Shown here: positions 1 to 8,567 of the stretch, in pieces
How the letters are laid out: every line of letters begins with the position of its first letter
Position numbering within the stretch: position 1 is the stretch's first letter
NCBI GenBank assembly: GCA_900234795.1
Contig: LT962688.1
Span: 4,290,001-4,322,000, forward strand
Origin: Methylorubrum extorquens
GTDB taxonomy: Bacteria > Pseudomonadota > Alphaproteobacteria > Rhizobiales > Beijerinckiaceae
Reading direction: 5' to 3'
DNA length: 32,000 bases
The notes under the pieces: model-generated
The model's database searches: none
What the model was told of the DNA's origin: nothing
Seen by the model: the letters and a program-made list of their open reading frames with translations, nothing else
Translations under genes and position numbers: made by a program

Positions 1-357
1 AAGACCGTGATGACCACCGAGCAATTGCTCACGGCCCAGCGCCTCGTGCGGCGCCTGCCGGTGGGCGATGCCGTGCTCGATGCCATCCTCGACCTCGTGC
101 GCTCGGCCCGTCCCGAGGGCGGCGATCCGGCGGTTGCCAAGAAGCTGCTGTGGGGGCCGGGCCCCCGCGCCAGTCAGGCGCTGACGTTGGCTGTGCGCGC
201 CCGAGCGCTGATCGAGGGCCGGGTCGCCCCCTCCGTTGCCGACGTGAAGGCTTTGGCCGAGCCGGTGCTCAAGCACCGCATGGCGGTGACCTTCGCCGCG
301 CGGGCCGACGGCGAGACGGTGACCGGCCTGATCGGCCAGCTCGCCGCGAAACTCTGA
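1..357 (+). CDS. MoxR-like AAA+ ATPase, C-terminal part (5' end lies upstream of the window)
   Basis: The frame is open from base 1. The translation (..WGPGPRASQALTLAVRARALIEGRVAPSVADVKALAEPVLKHRM..) matches the conserved C-terminal lid of MoxR/RavA-type ATPases. It is followed by DUF58, the canonical partner. Confidence 0.85.
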   Translation, partial: KTVMTTEQLLTAQRLVRRLPVGDAVLDAILDLVRSARPEGGDPAVAKKLLWGPGPRASQALTLAVRARALIEGRVAPSVADVKALAEPVLKHRMAVTFAARADGETVTGLIGQLAAKL

Positions 358-368
358 GCCCGCCGCGG

Positions 369-1283
369 ATGGCCTCCACCCGGCTCGTCGAGGCCGAGAG
401 CCGCCGCCCCGGTGGCCCCGAAACCGGTGGCGCCCTGGCGCTCGCCGAGGTGATGCCGCGGCTCGTGCTCGAATCGCGGCGCGTCTCCGGCACCCTGGCG
501 CACGGCCTGCACGGACGCCGCCGCGCGGGGCCGGGCGAGAGCTTCTGGCAGTTCCGCCCCTTCGTGCCCGGCGAGGCGGCGGCTCGCGTCGACTGGCGCC
601 GCTCTGCCCGCGACGACCGGCTCTATGTGCGTGAGCGCGAGTGGGAGGCGGCCCACAACATCTGGATCTGGATCGACCGCTCCGCCTCCATGGGCTTCGC
701 CTCAAGTCTCGCCCAGACCTCCAAGGTCGAGCGGGCGCTGGTGCTGGGGCTGGCGCTGGCCGACACGTTCGTGGAGGGCGGCGAGCGCGTCGGCCTGCTC
801 GGGCTCACCCGTTCCAGCGCGACGCGCGGCATCGTGGAGCGGCTTGCCCAGGCGCTCGTCAACGACCGCGCTGGCTTGACCCAGGATCTGCCGCCGGGAG
901 CGACGCCCGGCCGGTTCGACGAAGTGGTGCTGATCAGCGATTTCCTCACGCCGCTGGATCGGGTGCGCAGCGCCGTGCAGACGATCTCGGCGCGCGGCAC
1001 CCACGGCCATCTCGTGCTGGTGGCCGATCCGGTGGAGGAGACCTTCCCCTTCACCGGCCAGGCGGTTCTGCACGATCCCGAGGGCGGCCTCAGCCTCGAT
1101 ATCGGCGAGGCCTCGGCATGGGGCGAGGCCTATCGCACCCGCATCGCGGCCCATCGCGACGGCCTGTCCGAGATCGCCCGACAGCGGGGCTGGACGCTGA
1201 CGATCCACCGGACCGACCGGCCGGCGAGCGAGGCGGCGCTGCGGCTGCTGACTCTCGTCGCCGCCGCGCGCGGCCTCGGCTGA
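369..1283 (+). CDS. DUF58 domain protein (vWA-like partner of MoxR)
   Basis: ATG at 369, in frame with track ORF 150..1283. The motif FWQFRPFVPGEAAARVDWRRSARDDRLYVREREWEAAHNIWIWIDRSASMGF is typical of DUF58. The track's N-terminal extension overlaps the MoxR gene and is Arg/Gly junk. Confidence 0.85.
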   Translation: MASTRLVEAESRRPGGPETGGALALAEVMPRLVLESRRVSGTLAHGLHGRRRAGPGESFWQFRPFVPGEAAARVDWRRSARDDRLYVREREWEAAHNIWIWIDRSASMGFASSLAQTSKVERALVLGLALADTFVEGGERVGLLGLTRSSATRGIVERLAQALVNDRAGLTQDLPPGATPGRFDEVVLISDFLTPLDRVRSAVQTISARGTHGHLVLVADPVEETFPFTGQAVLHDPEGGLSLDIGEASAWGEAYRTRIAAHRDGLSEIARQRGWTLTIHRTDRPASEAALRLLTLVAAARGLG

Positions 1284-1296
1284 AAGGCGAAGCGCA

Positions 1297-4137
1297 TTGT
1301 TCGGAGTTCCGCTGACCTTCGCCGCCCCCCTCGCGCTGGCCGCCCTCGTCGCGCTGCCGGCCCTGTGGATCCTGCTGCGGGTCACGCCGCCGCGCCCGCA
1401 GCGCATCCATTTCCCGCCGCTGGCGCTGATGGCCGACCTGCTGCCGAAGCGCGAGACGCCGGCCCGCACGCCGCCCTGGCTCCTGGCCTTACGGATTCTC
1501 GCCGCCGCCTGTCTCATCCTCGCGGTGGCCGGACCGGTGTGGAATCCCGGCGGCATCGGCGCCGCATCGGGGCGCAACCCGCTGCTCCTCATCCTCGACA
1601 ACGGTGTCGTCGCTGCCCACGACTGGCGCGACCGCCTACGCGCGGCGACCGACGAGATCGAGGCCGCCGCTCGTGACGGTCGCCCGGTGGCGCTGGTCGC
1701 CAGCGCCGAGCCCCCCGCGCCGTTCGAGGCGAAGGCCCCGGCCGCCGCGCTGGAGCGCCTGCGCGCGATCAAGCCGCGCCCGCATCTTGGTGACCGCGGG
1801 GCGCATTTGGCCTCGATCGGCACCTTCCTGGAACGGATGCCCGGCGCCTCGATCGTCTGGATCAGCGATGGCGTGCGCGGCGTGGGCGAGGCCGATTTCG
1901 CCACGTCCCTCGGCGAGATGGCGGCGCGTCACGGCAGCGCGGTGACCGTGCTGAAGGCCGAGCGATCCCCGGCGCTGGCGCTCGAAGGCTCCCCCGTGCA
2001 GCCGGGCGAAAAGCTCTCGGCGCAGGTGCTGCGGGCCGAAGGCAACGGCCGCGATACCGGGCTGGTGCGGGCGCTCGACCAGAAGGGCCTGCCGCTCGCC
2101 GAGAGCCGCTTCACCCTGGAGCCGGAGGCGCGCGAGACCCGTGTCAGCTTCGACCTGCCGGTGGAGCTGCGCAACGCCATCGCCCGCCTCGAGATCGAGG
2201 GCGAGCGTTCGGCCGGCGCCGTGGTGCTGATGGACGAGCGCGGCAAGCGCCGCCGGGTCGGCCTCGTCTTCGGCGGCACGCTCGATCAGGCCCAGCCGCT
2301 GCTCGCGCCGACCTACTACCTCGCCAAGGCGCTCACCCCCCTTCGCCGACGTGCAGCAGCCCCGCGGCGGCCAGGGCACGGCCGAGTCCATCGGCCAGAT
2401 GCTCGACAATCAGGTCTCGGTGCTGGCGCTCGCCGATGTCGGCGCGCTGGACGAGCGCACCCTCGCGCGGGTCGAGCAATTCGTGGACGAGGGCGGGCTG
2501 TTGCTGCGCTTCGCCGGTCCCCGGCTCGCCGCCGGCAACGATCCGCTCGTGCCGGTGCGCCTGCGCCGGGGCGGGCGCTCGCTCGGCGGCACCCTCTCCT
2601 GGGACCGGCCGCGCACGCTCGCGGCCTTTGCCCCCGAGAGTCCCTTCGCCGGCCTGAACCCGCCGGCCGATATCGGCGTGCGCCGCCAGATCCTCGCCGA
2701 GCCCGACGGCGACCTGCCGGGCAAGACCTGGGCGGCGCTGGAGGATGGCACGCCCATCGTCACGGCGCAGAAGCGGGGGCAGGGGCTCGTGGTGTTGTTT
2801 CATGTGACCGCCGACACGACGTGGTCGAACCTGCCGCTATCGGGGCTGTTCGTAGACATGCTGCGCCGGGTCGTCGGGCTCGCCGGCCCCTCGGCCAAGC
2901 TCGGCGAGGGCGACGGGCGGCCGGCGAAGGCCGCTTTTTGCTGGCGCCGCGCCTGACCCTCGACGGCTTCGGTGCGCTCGGCTCGCCGCCGGCGAGCGCC
3001 ACGGCCGTGCCGGCCGATTTCGCCGACCGCGCCGGCCCCGAACACCCGCCCGGCTTCTACGGCACGGCGGAGGGCGGCATCGCCGTCAACGCGCTGGCGC
3101 CCGGCGACCGGCTGCAACCCCTCGACCTCACCGGCCTCAAGGGCGCCCGCACGGGTTCGCTCGCGGGCGCCGAGACGCTGGATCTGCGCGCGCTGCTGTT
3201 CACCCTCGCGCTGGCCCTTCTGGCCCTCGACACCCTGGCCGGCCTCTGGCTCGGCGGATTTTTTCGCAAGTTCGGTCGAGGTTCACACGGGAAGGCGGCA
3301 CCGGCCGCCCTGCTTCTGCCGGTTTTGCTCGGCCTTGCGCTGGTCTTCGCCCCGCCTCCGGCACGGGCGCAGGAATCACCGGCCAACCGCCCGAACGGCA
3401 TCGAATCGGCGCTAGCCACCCGCCTTGCCTTCGTCGTCACGGGCGACGCCGCGACGGACACGGCGAGCCGGGCGGGCCTGTCGGGCCTAAGCCAGATGCT
3501 GGTCGCCCGCACCGCCCTGGAGCCCGGCGAGCCCGCGGGCCTCAATCCGGAGAAGGACGAACTCGCCTTCTACCCGCTGATCTACTGGCCGATCGTCGCC
3601 GGCCGGCCGCAGCCGAGCGAGGCGGCGATCCGCAAGATCGACGCCTTCATGCGCAACGGCGGCACGGTGATCTTCGACACCCGCGATGCCCAGACCGCCC
3701 GCCCCGGCGGCCCGCCGAGCCCGGAAGCGGCCTATCTCCGCAAGATGCTCGCCACCCTCGAAGTGCCGGAGCTTGAGCCGGTGCCGGCCGACCACGTGCT
3801 CACCAAGGCGTTCTACCTGGTGGATTCCTTCCCCGGCCGCTTCGGTACCGGCCAGACCTGGGTCGAGACGATTCCGCCCGCAGGCGAGGGCGGCGAGCGC
3901 CGTCCGGCTCGGGCCGGCGACGGCGTCACCCCGCTCATCATCACCGGCAACGATCTTGCCGCCGCCTGGGCGGTCGGCCGCAACGGCGAGCCGCTCTACC
4001 CCGTCACCGGCGGCGACCAGCGCCAGCGCGAGATGGCGTTCCGCGGCGGCATCAACATCGTGATCTACACCCTGACCGGGAACTACAAGGCCGATCAGGT
4101 CCACGTGCCGGCCTTGCTGGAGCGGTTGGGACAGTGA
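1297..4137 (+). pseudogene. BatA_N (aerotolerance-regulator N-terminal) / DUF4159 membrane protein; disrupted as sequenced by two compensating frameshifts
   Basis: TTG start. The N-terminus LTFAAPLALAALVALPALWILLRVTPP is BatA_N-like. The C-terminus (..FYPLIYWPIVAG..GGTVIFDTRD..GNDLAAAWAV..GGINIVIYTLTGNYKADQVH) is DUF4159-like. Between about 2340 and 2940 the sensible protein sequence runs in another frame (track ORF 2351..2956), while the long ORF reads Arg-rich nonsense. The switches are at the C6 run 2336-2341 and the T5 run 2935-2939. Confidence 0.8.
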
Positions 4138-4164
4138 TTTTTTCCGCGCGACGTGCCGACATCG

Positions 4165-4295
4165 CCCTCTCCCCTCTGCGGGAGAGGGTGGCCCCCGAAG
4201 GGGGTCGGGTGAGGGGAGCGCCGCCTCCGGAAGGGCCTGAGCCGGCCCCTCTCCCGCCTGCTCCGCAGGCACCCTCCCCCGCAGCGGGGGGAGGG
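4165..4295 (-). repeat. 131-bp GC-rich MITE/REP-like element, copy A (inverted relative to copy B at 26278-26408)
   Basis: Hand alignment of this segment against the reverse complement of 26278-26408 gives 5 substitutions plus 1 single-base indel. The ends are hairpins (CCCTCTCC..GGAGAGGG and CCCTCCCC..GGGGAGGG) that are also imperfect inverted repeats of each other. There is a central CCCCC-GAA-GGGGG hairpin. The strand label is arbitrary. Confidence 0.85.
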
Positions 4296-4327
4296 ATTTT
4301 TGTCGTTTCCACTGAAGGCCCCGCCCG

Positions 4328-6418
4328 ATGCTGAGCCTCAGCTTCACGCCCCTCGTCCCCTGGCCGGTGCTCGTCGGATTCGGCGTGCTCGCCGTGATCC
4401 TCGCCGTCGTCGCGGTCCTCGCGCGTGGGCGCACGGCCCTGTTGCGGGCGGTGGCGCTCGGCCTCGTCATCGCGGCGCTCGCCAATCCCTCGCTCGTGCG
4501 CGAGGACCGCGACCCGGTGAAGGACGTGGCGGCCATCGTCGTCGATCGCTCCGGCTCGCAAAGCTTGGGCGATCGCCCGGCCATGACCGACGCGGTGAAA
4601 GCCGAGCTGGAGCGCCGCTTCGGCGCGCTGGCGAATATCGAGCCCCGCTTCATCGAGGTCGGCGACGCCCAGGGCGGGGAGGGCGACGACGGCACCAAGC
4701 TGTTCACGGCGCTGACCCAGGCGCTCGCCGACGTGCCGCCGGAGCGGATCGCCGGCGTGGTGATGCTCACCGACGGCGTGGTGCACGACATCCCCGCCTC
4801 GCTCGAAGCGCTTGGCCTCAAGGCGCCGCTGCACGTTCTCGTCACAGGACGGCCGGACGAGCGCGACCGTCAGATCAAGATGCTGGAGGCGCCCCGCTTC
4901 GGCATCGTCGGCCGGGACGTCACCTTGCGCGGCGAGGTGATGGAGCGCGGCGGCACCGGCACGGCGACTGTCACCGTGCGCCGCGACGGCGAGGAGATCG
5001 ACCGCCAGAGCATCGCCACCGGCGTGCCGTTCTCGCTCACCACGCATATCGAGCATGGCGGCCCGAACGTGGTCGAGATCGAGGTCGAGCCGCTGCCGGG
5101 CGAGCTGACCACGGTCAATAACCGCGCCGTCCTGCCCATCGAAGGAATTCGCGAAAAACTGCGGGTGCTGCTCGTTTCCGGCGAGCCGCATCAGGGCGAG
5201 CGCACCTGGCGCAACCTGCTGAAGTCGGACGCTTCCGTCGATCTCGTCCACTTCACCATTCTCAGGCCGCCGGAGAAGCAGGACGGCACCCCGATCTCCG
5301 AACTCTCGCTGATCGCCTTCCCGACCCGCGAGCTGTTCGTCCAGAAGATCAAGGATTTCGACCTCATCATCTTCGACCGCTACGCCAACCAGAGCGTGCT
5401 GCCGTCCGCCTATTTCGACAACATCGCCCGCTACGTCCGCGAGGGCGGTGCGCTCCTCATCGCCGCCGGGCCGGAATTCGCCGGTCCCGCCAGCCTCGCC
5501 CGCACCCGGCTCGCCTCGATCCTGCCGGGCGATCCCTCGATGAAGGTGGTCGAGCAGCCGTTCAAGGCGACGCTCACCGAGACCGGCCACCGCCACCCCG
5601 TCACCCGGGCGCTGCCGGGCTCGGAGGCGAATCCGCCGGCCTGGGGCGACTGGCTGCGCATCGTCTCGGCCCAGACCCGTCCCGGCGTGCAGCCGATCCT
5701 GTCGGGCGCCAACGGCCTGCCGCTCCTGGCGCTCTCGCGTGAGGAGAAGGGCCGCGTCGCCCTGATGCTGTCCGATCAGGCCTGGCTCTGGGCCCGCGGC
5801 TACCAGCAGGGCGGCCCCTATCTCGATCTGCTGCGGCGCCTCGCCCACTGGCTGATGAAGGAGCCCGCCCTCGAAGAGGAGGCCCTGCGTGCCCAGACCA
5901 CGGGCCGGGGCCGCGAGGTCCGCGTCGAGCGCCAGACCATGGCCGAGGAGGCCGGCCCGGTCACGATCACCGGTCCGACCGGCAAGGAGCGCAGCCTCGA
6001 CCTGTCGAAGGCCGAGACCGGCCTGTTCACCGCGACCTTCGAGGCGGAGGGGCTCGGGCTTCACACCATCCGCTCGGGCAACCTCGTCGCCTTCGTCAGC
6101 GTCGGCCCGGCCAACCCGCGCGAACTCGCCGACGTGTTCAGCGATACCGATCGGCTGAAGGGCGTGGCGGACGGCTCCGGCGGCACGGTGCGTCGGGTGG
6201 CGGCGGCCGGCGGCGGCATCGAGGTGCCCCGCCTCCAGATCACCCGCGGCGGCCGTCTGGGCGGCGCCGACTGGATCGGCTTCCGCCCGAGCGACAGCGC
6301 CACGATACGCGGCGTCGAGGTCTATCCCCTCGGCATCGGCCTGTGGGCGCTCGTGGCCCTCGCCGCCGCCGTGCTGGCGATGTGGCTGGTCGAGGGACGG
6401 CGCGGCCGCGCGGCGTAG
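4328..6418 (+). CDS. Large membrane protein, fourth gene of the MoxR/DUF58/BatA-like module (N-terminal TM helices, vWA-like and amidotransferase-like regions, C-terminal TM)
   Basis: Intact 696-aa ORF with strong GC3 bias. N-terminal TM segments are followed by AAIVVDRSGSQSL (a vWA MIDAS-like start). A central LRVLLVSGEPH..DLIIFDRY..GGALLIAAGPEF block follows, then a C-terminal hydrophobic helix. Confidence 0.75.
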   Translation: MLSLSFTPLVPWPVLVGFGVLAVILAVVAVLARGRTALLRAVALGLVIAALANPSLVREDRDPVKDVAAIVVDRSGSQSLGDRPAMTDAVKAELERRFGALANIEPRFIEVGDAQGGEGDDGTKLFTALTQALADVPPERIAGVVMLTDGVVHDIPASLEALGLKAPLHVLVTGRPDERDRQIKMLEAPRFGIVGRDVTLRGEVMERGGTGTATVTVRRDGEEIDRQSIATGVPFSLTTHIEHGGPNVVEIEVEPLPGELTTVNNRAVLPIEGIREKLRVLLVSGEPHQGERTWRNLLKSDASVDLVHFTILRPPEKQDGTPISELSLIAFPTRELFVQKIKDFDLIIFDRYANQSVLPSAYFDNIARYVREGGALLIAAGPEFAGPASLARTRLASILPGDPSMKVVEQPFKATLTETGHRHPVTRALPGSEANPPAWGDWLRIVSAQTRPGVQPILSGANGLPLLALSREEKGRVALMLSDQAWLWARGYQQGGPYLDLLRRLAHWLMKEPALEEEALRAQTTGRGREVRVERQTMAEEAGPVTITGPTGKERSLDLSKAETGLFTATFEAEGLGLHTIRSGNLVAFVSVGPANPRELADVFSDTDRLKGVADGSGGTVRRVAAAGGGIEVPRLQITRGGRLGGADWIGFRPSDSATIRGVEVYPLGIGLWALVALAAAVLAMWLVEGRRGRAA

Positions 6419-6423
6419 CGGAG

Positions 6424-6461
6424 GTGACGACCGGCAGGGCGGCTGTCGTCACGGCCGTTTT
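6424..6461. terminator. Candidate intrinsic terminator between convergent genes
   Basis: GTGACGAC (6424-6431) pairs with GTCGTCAC (6445-6452) and is followed by GGCCGTTTT. It lies in the 55-bp gap between the stops of 4328..6418 (+) and the AraC gene (-). Confidence 0.35.
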
Positions 6462-6473
6462 AGGAATCGGCGG

Positions 6474-7340
6474 TCACGATCGCTTTTTCCATTCGCCGGG
6501 CGTCATCTGGGTCGCGGTCTTGAAGGCGCGCGTGAAGTGGCTCTGCGAGGCATAGCCGCAGGCCAGCGCCACTTCGGCCAGTCCGGCCGGTTCCCCTCTC
6601 AAGAGCTGTTTTGCCCGCTCGATACGCCGTGCCCCGAGATAGCGATGCGGGGGCATGCCGAAGCTCACCCGAAACATCTTGGCGAAGTGGAACGTGCTGA
6701 GGCGAGCTTCCGCGGCCAATCGATCGAGCGTCAACGGCTCGTCGAGATGCGCTTCGATCAACGCTGCGATCCGTCGCCGCGTCGTGGGCGACAGGCCACC
6801 GCGGACGGACGCCTGCCCCGCGGTCTTGGCGTAGTGCCGGAGGAGGCGGTGAACGAGGAGGTGGCAGGCGGCATCCAGCGCCGGGCCATCGCCTCCCTCC
6901 TTCCAGTCGAGCGGCATCACGCCACCGCGAACGATCATCGCCATCGCGGGATCGTCGGAGAAGGTCAGGTCTTGAACGTTGATCCGGCGCGGATCGACGT
7001 CGAAGGCCGTCAACGCCCGATAGGCGAGCACGTCAGGCTCGATATAAAGGTGGAACATCCGGAGCGATCCGCCGATGTGCCAGCGGCTCTCGTGTCCGGC
7101 GGGCAAGAGGCAGAGCTTGTCCGGCCCGCCGCCCGACAAATGCCGGTCTTCGCGCACGACGCGCTCGCCCCCGTCGAGATAGATGCTGAGCGTGTGGTGA
7201 TCGGGCCGATCGTAACGGGCTTGGTTGTCTCGGTTGCTCCACTCGGCGAGCGAGAGTCCGCGCCCGATCGTTCCCGACCGCATCAGCTGCGCGCCGGTCC
7301 GGGAGAGGGTGCGGGCAACGCTGGGGGACGGGCGTTCCAT
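6474..7340 (-). CDS. AraC-family transcriptional regulator
   Basis: The C-terminal double HTH (..LTLDRLAAEARLSTFHFAKMFRVSFGMPPHRYLGARRIERAKQLL..ACGYASQSHFTRAFKTATQMTPGEWKK) is canonical AraC/XylS. The start is taken at MERPSPS (ATG 7340). The track ORF extends further upstream without support. Confidence 0.85.
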   Translation of the reverse strand: MERPSPSVARTLSRTGAQLMRSGTIGRGLSLAEWSNRDNQARYDRPDHHTLSIYLDGGERVVREDRHLSGGGPDKLCLLPAGHESRWHIGGSLRMFHLYIEPDVLAYRALTAFDVDPRRINVQDLTFSDDPAMAMIVRGGVMPLDWKEGGDGPALDAACHLLVHRLLRHYAKTAGQASVRGGLSPTTRRRIAALIEAHLDEPLTLDRLAAEARLSTFHFAKMFRVSFGMPPHRYLGARRIERAKQLLRGEPAGLAEVALACGYASQSHFTRAFKTATQMTPGEWKKRS

Positions 7341-7509
7341 GCTCACCGCCGAGAGAGACGCCTCGTTCCTTGGACTGCGCCTCGCATCGGTGCAACGCGC
7401 CCGCGGGAAAAGCCCAAGATTGTGCAAAGCCGTCGCCGATCCGCGAAAGCATCGTGGTGCGGCATCGGCTGTTCTCTCGGTGGCCTCAACCGGCCTCAAG
7501 GGACCGCCC

Positions 7510-8412
7510 GTGACCGCCTTCTTCTACGCGCTGACCGTCCTGATCTGGGGCACGACTTGGATCGCCATCAAGAGCCAGCTCGGGGCCGTGCCCGTCGAGG
7601 TCTCGATCGCGTACCGCTTCGCCCTGGCCGGATCGGTGCTGTTCGTGGCTTTGGTCGCGATGCGGCGCGTCCAACCCATCGCCCTTCGCCATCAGCCCTT
7701 CGTCGCGCTTCAGGCCGTCTGCCTCTTCTCGTGCAACTTCCTGTGTTTTTACAACGCGACGATCTACGTCCCGAGCGGCATCGTCTCGGTGGTGTTCTCG
7801 GCGGCCACGATCTTCAACATGGCGAACGCCTTCCTGATCCATCGCCGCAAGCCGGAGGGCCGGGTTCTGGGCGGTGCGATGTTCGGCGTCGCGGGGATCG
7901 CCTGCTTGTTCTGGGAAACGGTGACGAGCACGCAATTCGGCGCCGACACGGCGTTCGGCTTAGGTTTGGCGCTGCTCGGCACGTGGTTCTTTTCCGCCGG
8001 CAACCTCGTCTCGGCCCGCAACCAGCGCCATGGCCTGCAGGTCGCGTCGGTGAACGCCTGGGCGATGCTGTACGGGGCCGGGATCGTGTCGCTCGTCGCC
8101 CTGGTGCAGGGCATCCCTTTCGCCTTCGAAACCTCACCCGTCTATGTCGGATCTCTCCTCTATCTCGCCATCCCCGGCTCGGTGATCGGCTTCACCACCT
8201 ACCTCACCGTCGTTCACCGCCTCGGACCGGAGCGGGCGGCCTCTATGACCGTGCTCTTTCCGGTCGTCGCCCTGACGATCTCGGTCTTTGCCGAAAGCTA
8301 CCGGGTCACGCCGTTGGTCGGCTTGGGCCTCCTGTTCGTGCTCCTCGGCAACGGCCTTGTTCTCGGACGATGGCACCGCCCGGCTGCTCGACGTCCCATG
8401 GCGAAAGCGTGA
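7510..8412 (+). CDS. EamA/DMT-family transporter (10-TM permease)
   Basis: Hydrophobic protein with two EamA-like halves (..YALTVLIWGTTWIAIK.. and ..LYLAIPGSVIGFTTYLTVVHRLGPERAASMTVLFPVVA..). GTG at 7510 is preceded by AAGGGA; GTG at 7480 is an alternative start. It is divergent from the AraC gene. Confidence 0.8.
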   Translation: MTAFFYALTVLIWGTTWIAIKSQLGAVPVEVSIAYRFALAGSVLFVALVAMRRVQPIALRHQPFVALQAVCLFSCNFLCFYNATIYVPSGIVSVVFSAATIFNMANAFLIHRRKPEGRVLGGAMFGVAGIACLFWETVTSTQFGADTAFGLGLALLGTWFFSAGNLVSARNQRHGLQVASVNAWAMLYGAGIVSLVALVQGIPFAFETSPVYVGSLLYLAIPGSVIGFTTYLTVVHRLGPERAASMTVLFPVVALTISVFAESYRVTPLVGLGLLFVLLGNGLVLGRWHRPAARRPMAKA

Positions 8413-8567
8413 GAAGACAGTCTTCCCAAGGCGGGTGGTCCAAGCTGTCGGGATGAACCGCATCCGTCGCCGGGCATTCGGAACCGGCCGGCCGGGCCCG
8501 ATCACGTTCGAATTGGGACGCGGCCCGGACTCTGGTGGCCGGGCGCGACCTGTGCAATCCCGGCCTG

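Noticed and set aside
150-368. The N-terminal 73 codons of track ORF 150..1283, and similar upstream extensions: 24728 for cobN, 30615 for cobJ, 19751 for MarR, 20598 for DUF1772, 21350 for cbtB and 7225 for EamA.
   Set aside because: The extensions overlap the preceding gene in another frame and translate to Arg/Gly/Pro-rich sequence. In-frame starts with better context and family-typical N-termini exist downstream.
4165-4295. The peptide PPP(A/S)AGEGACGAGGRGAGSG(P/L)SG(G/S)GAPLTRPPSGATLSR(R/G)GER appears in two ORF-track translations, which could suggest a shared protein domain.
   Set aside because: At 4165-4295 that translation is on the strand antisense to the operon, in an intergenic gap. 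The similarity is a consequence of the repeated DNA element, not of a conserved protein module.
4052-6064. Very long ORFs antisense to, or out of frame with, the genes called above. Examples are 4052..6064(-), 702..1904(-), 6537..8456(+), 9849..11762(-), 12745..14886(+), 16885..18609(+), 22820..23818(-), 28102..29328(-), 28481..30124(-) and 29599..30816(-).
   Set aside because: Their translations are dominated by Arg/Ala/Gly/Pro, lack recognisable motifs, and each lies opposite a gene with clear family signatures. Stop codons are rare in all frames at about 70% GC, so such shadow ORFs are expected.
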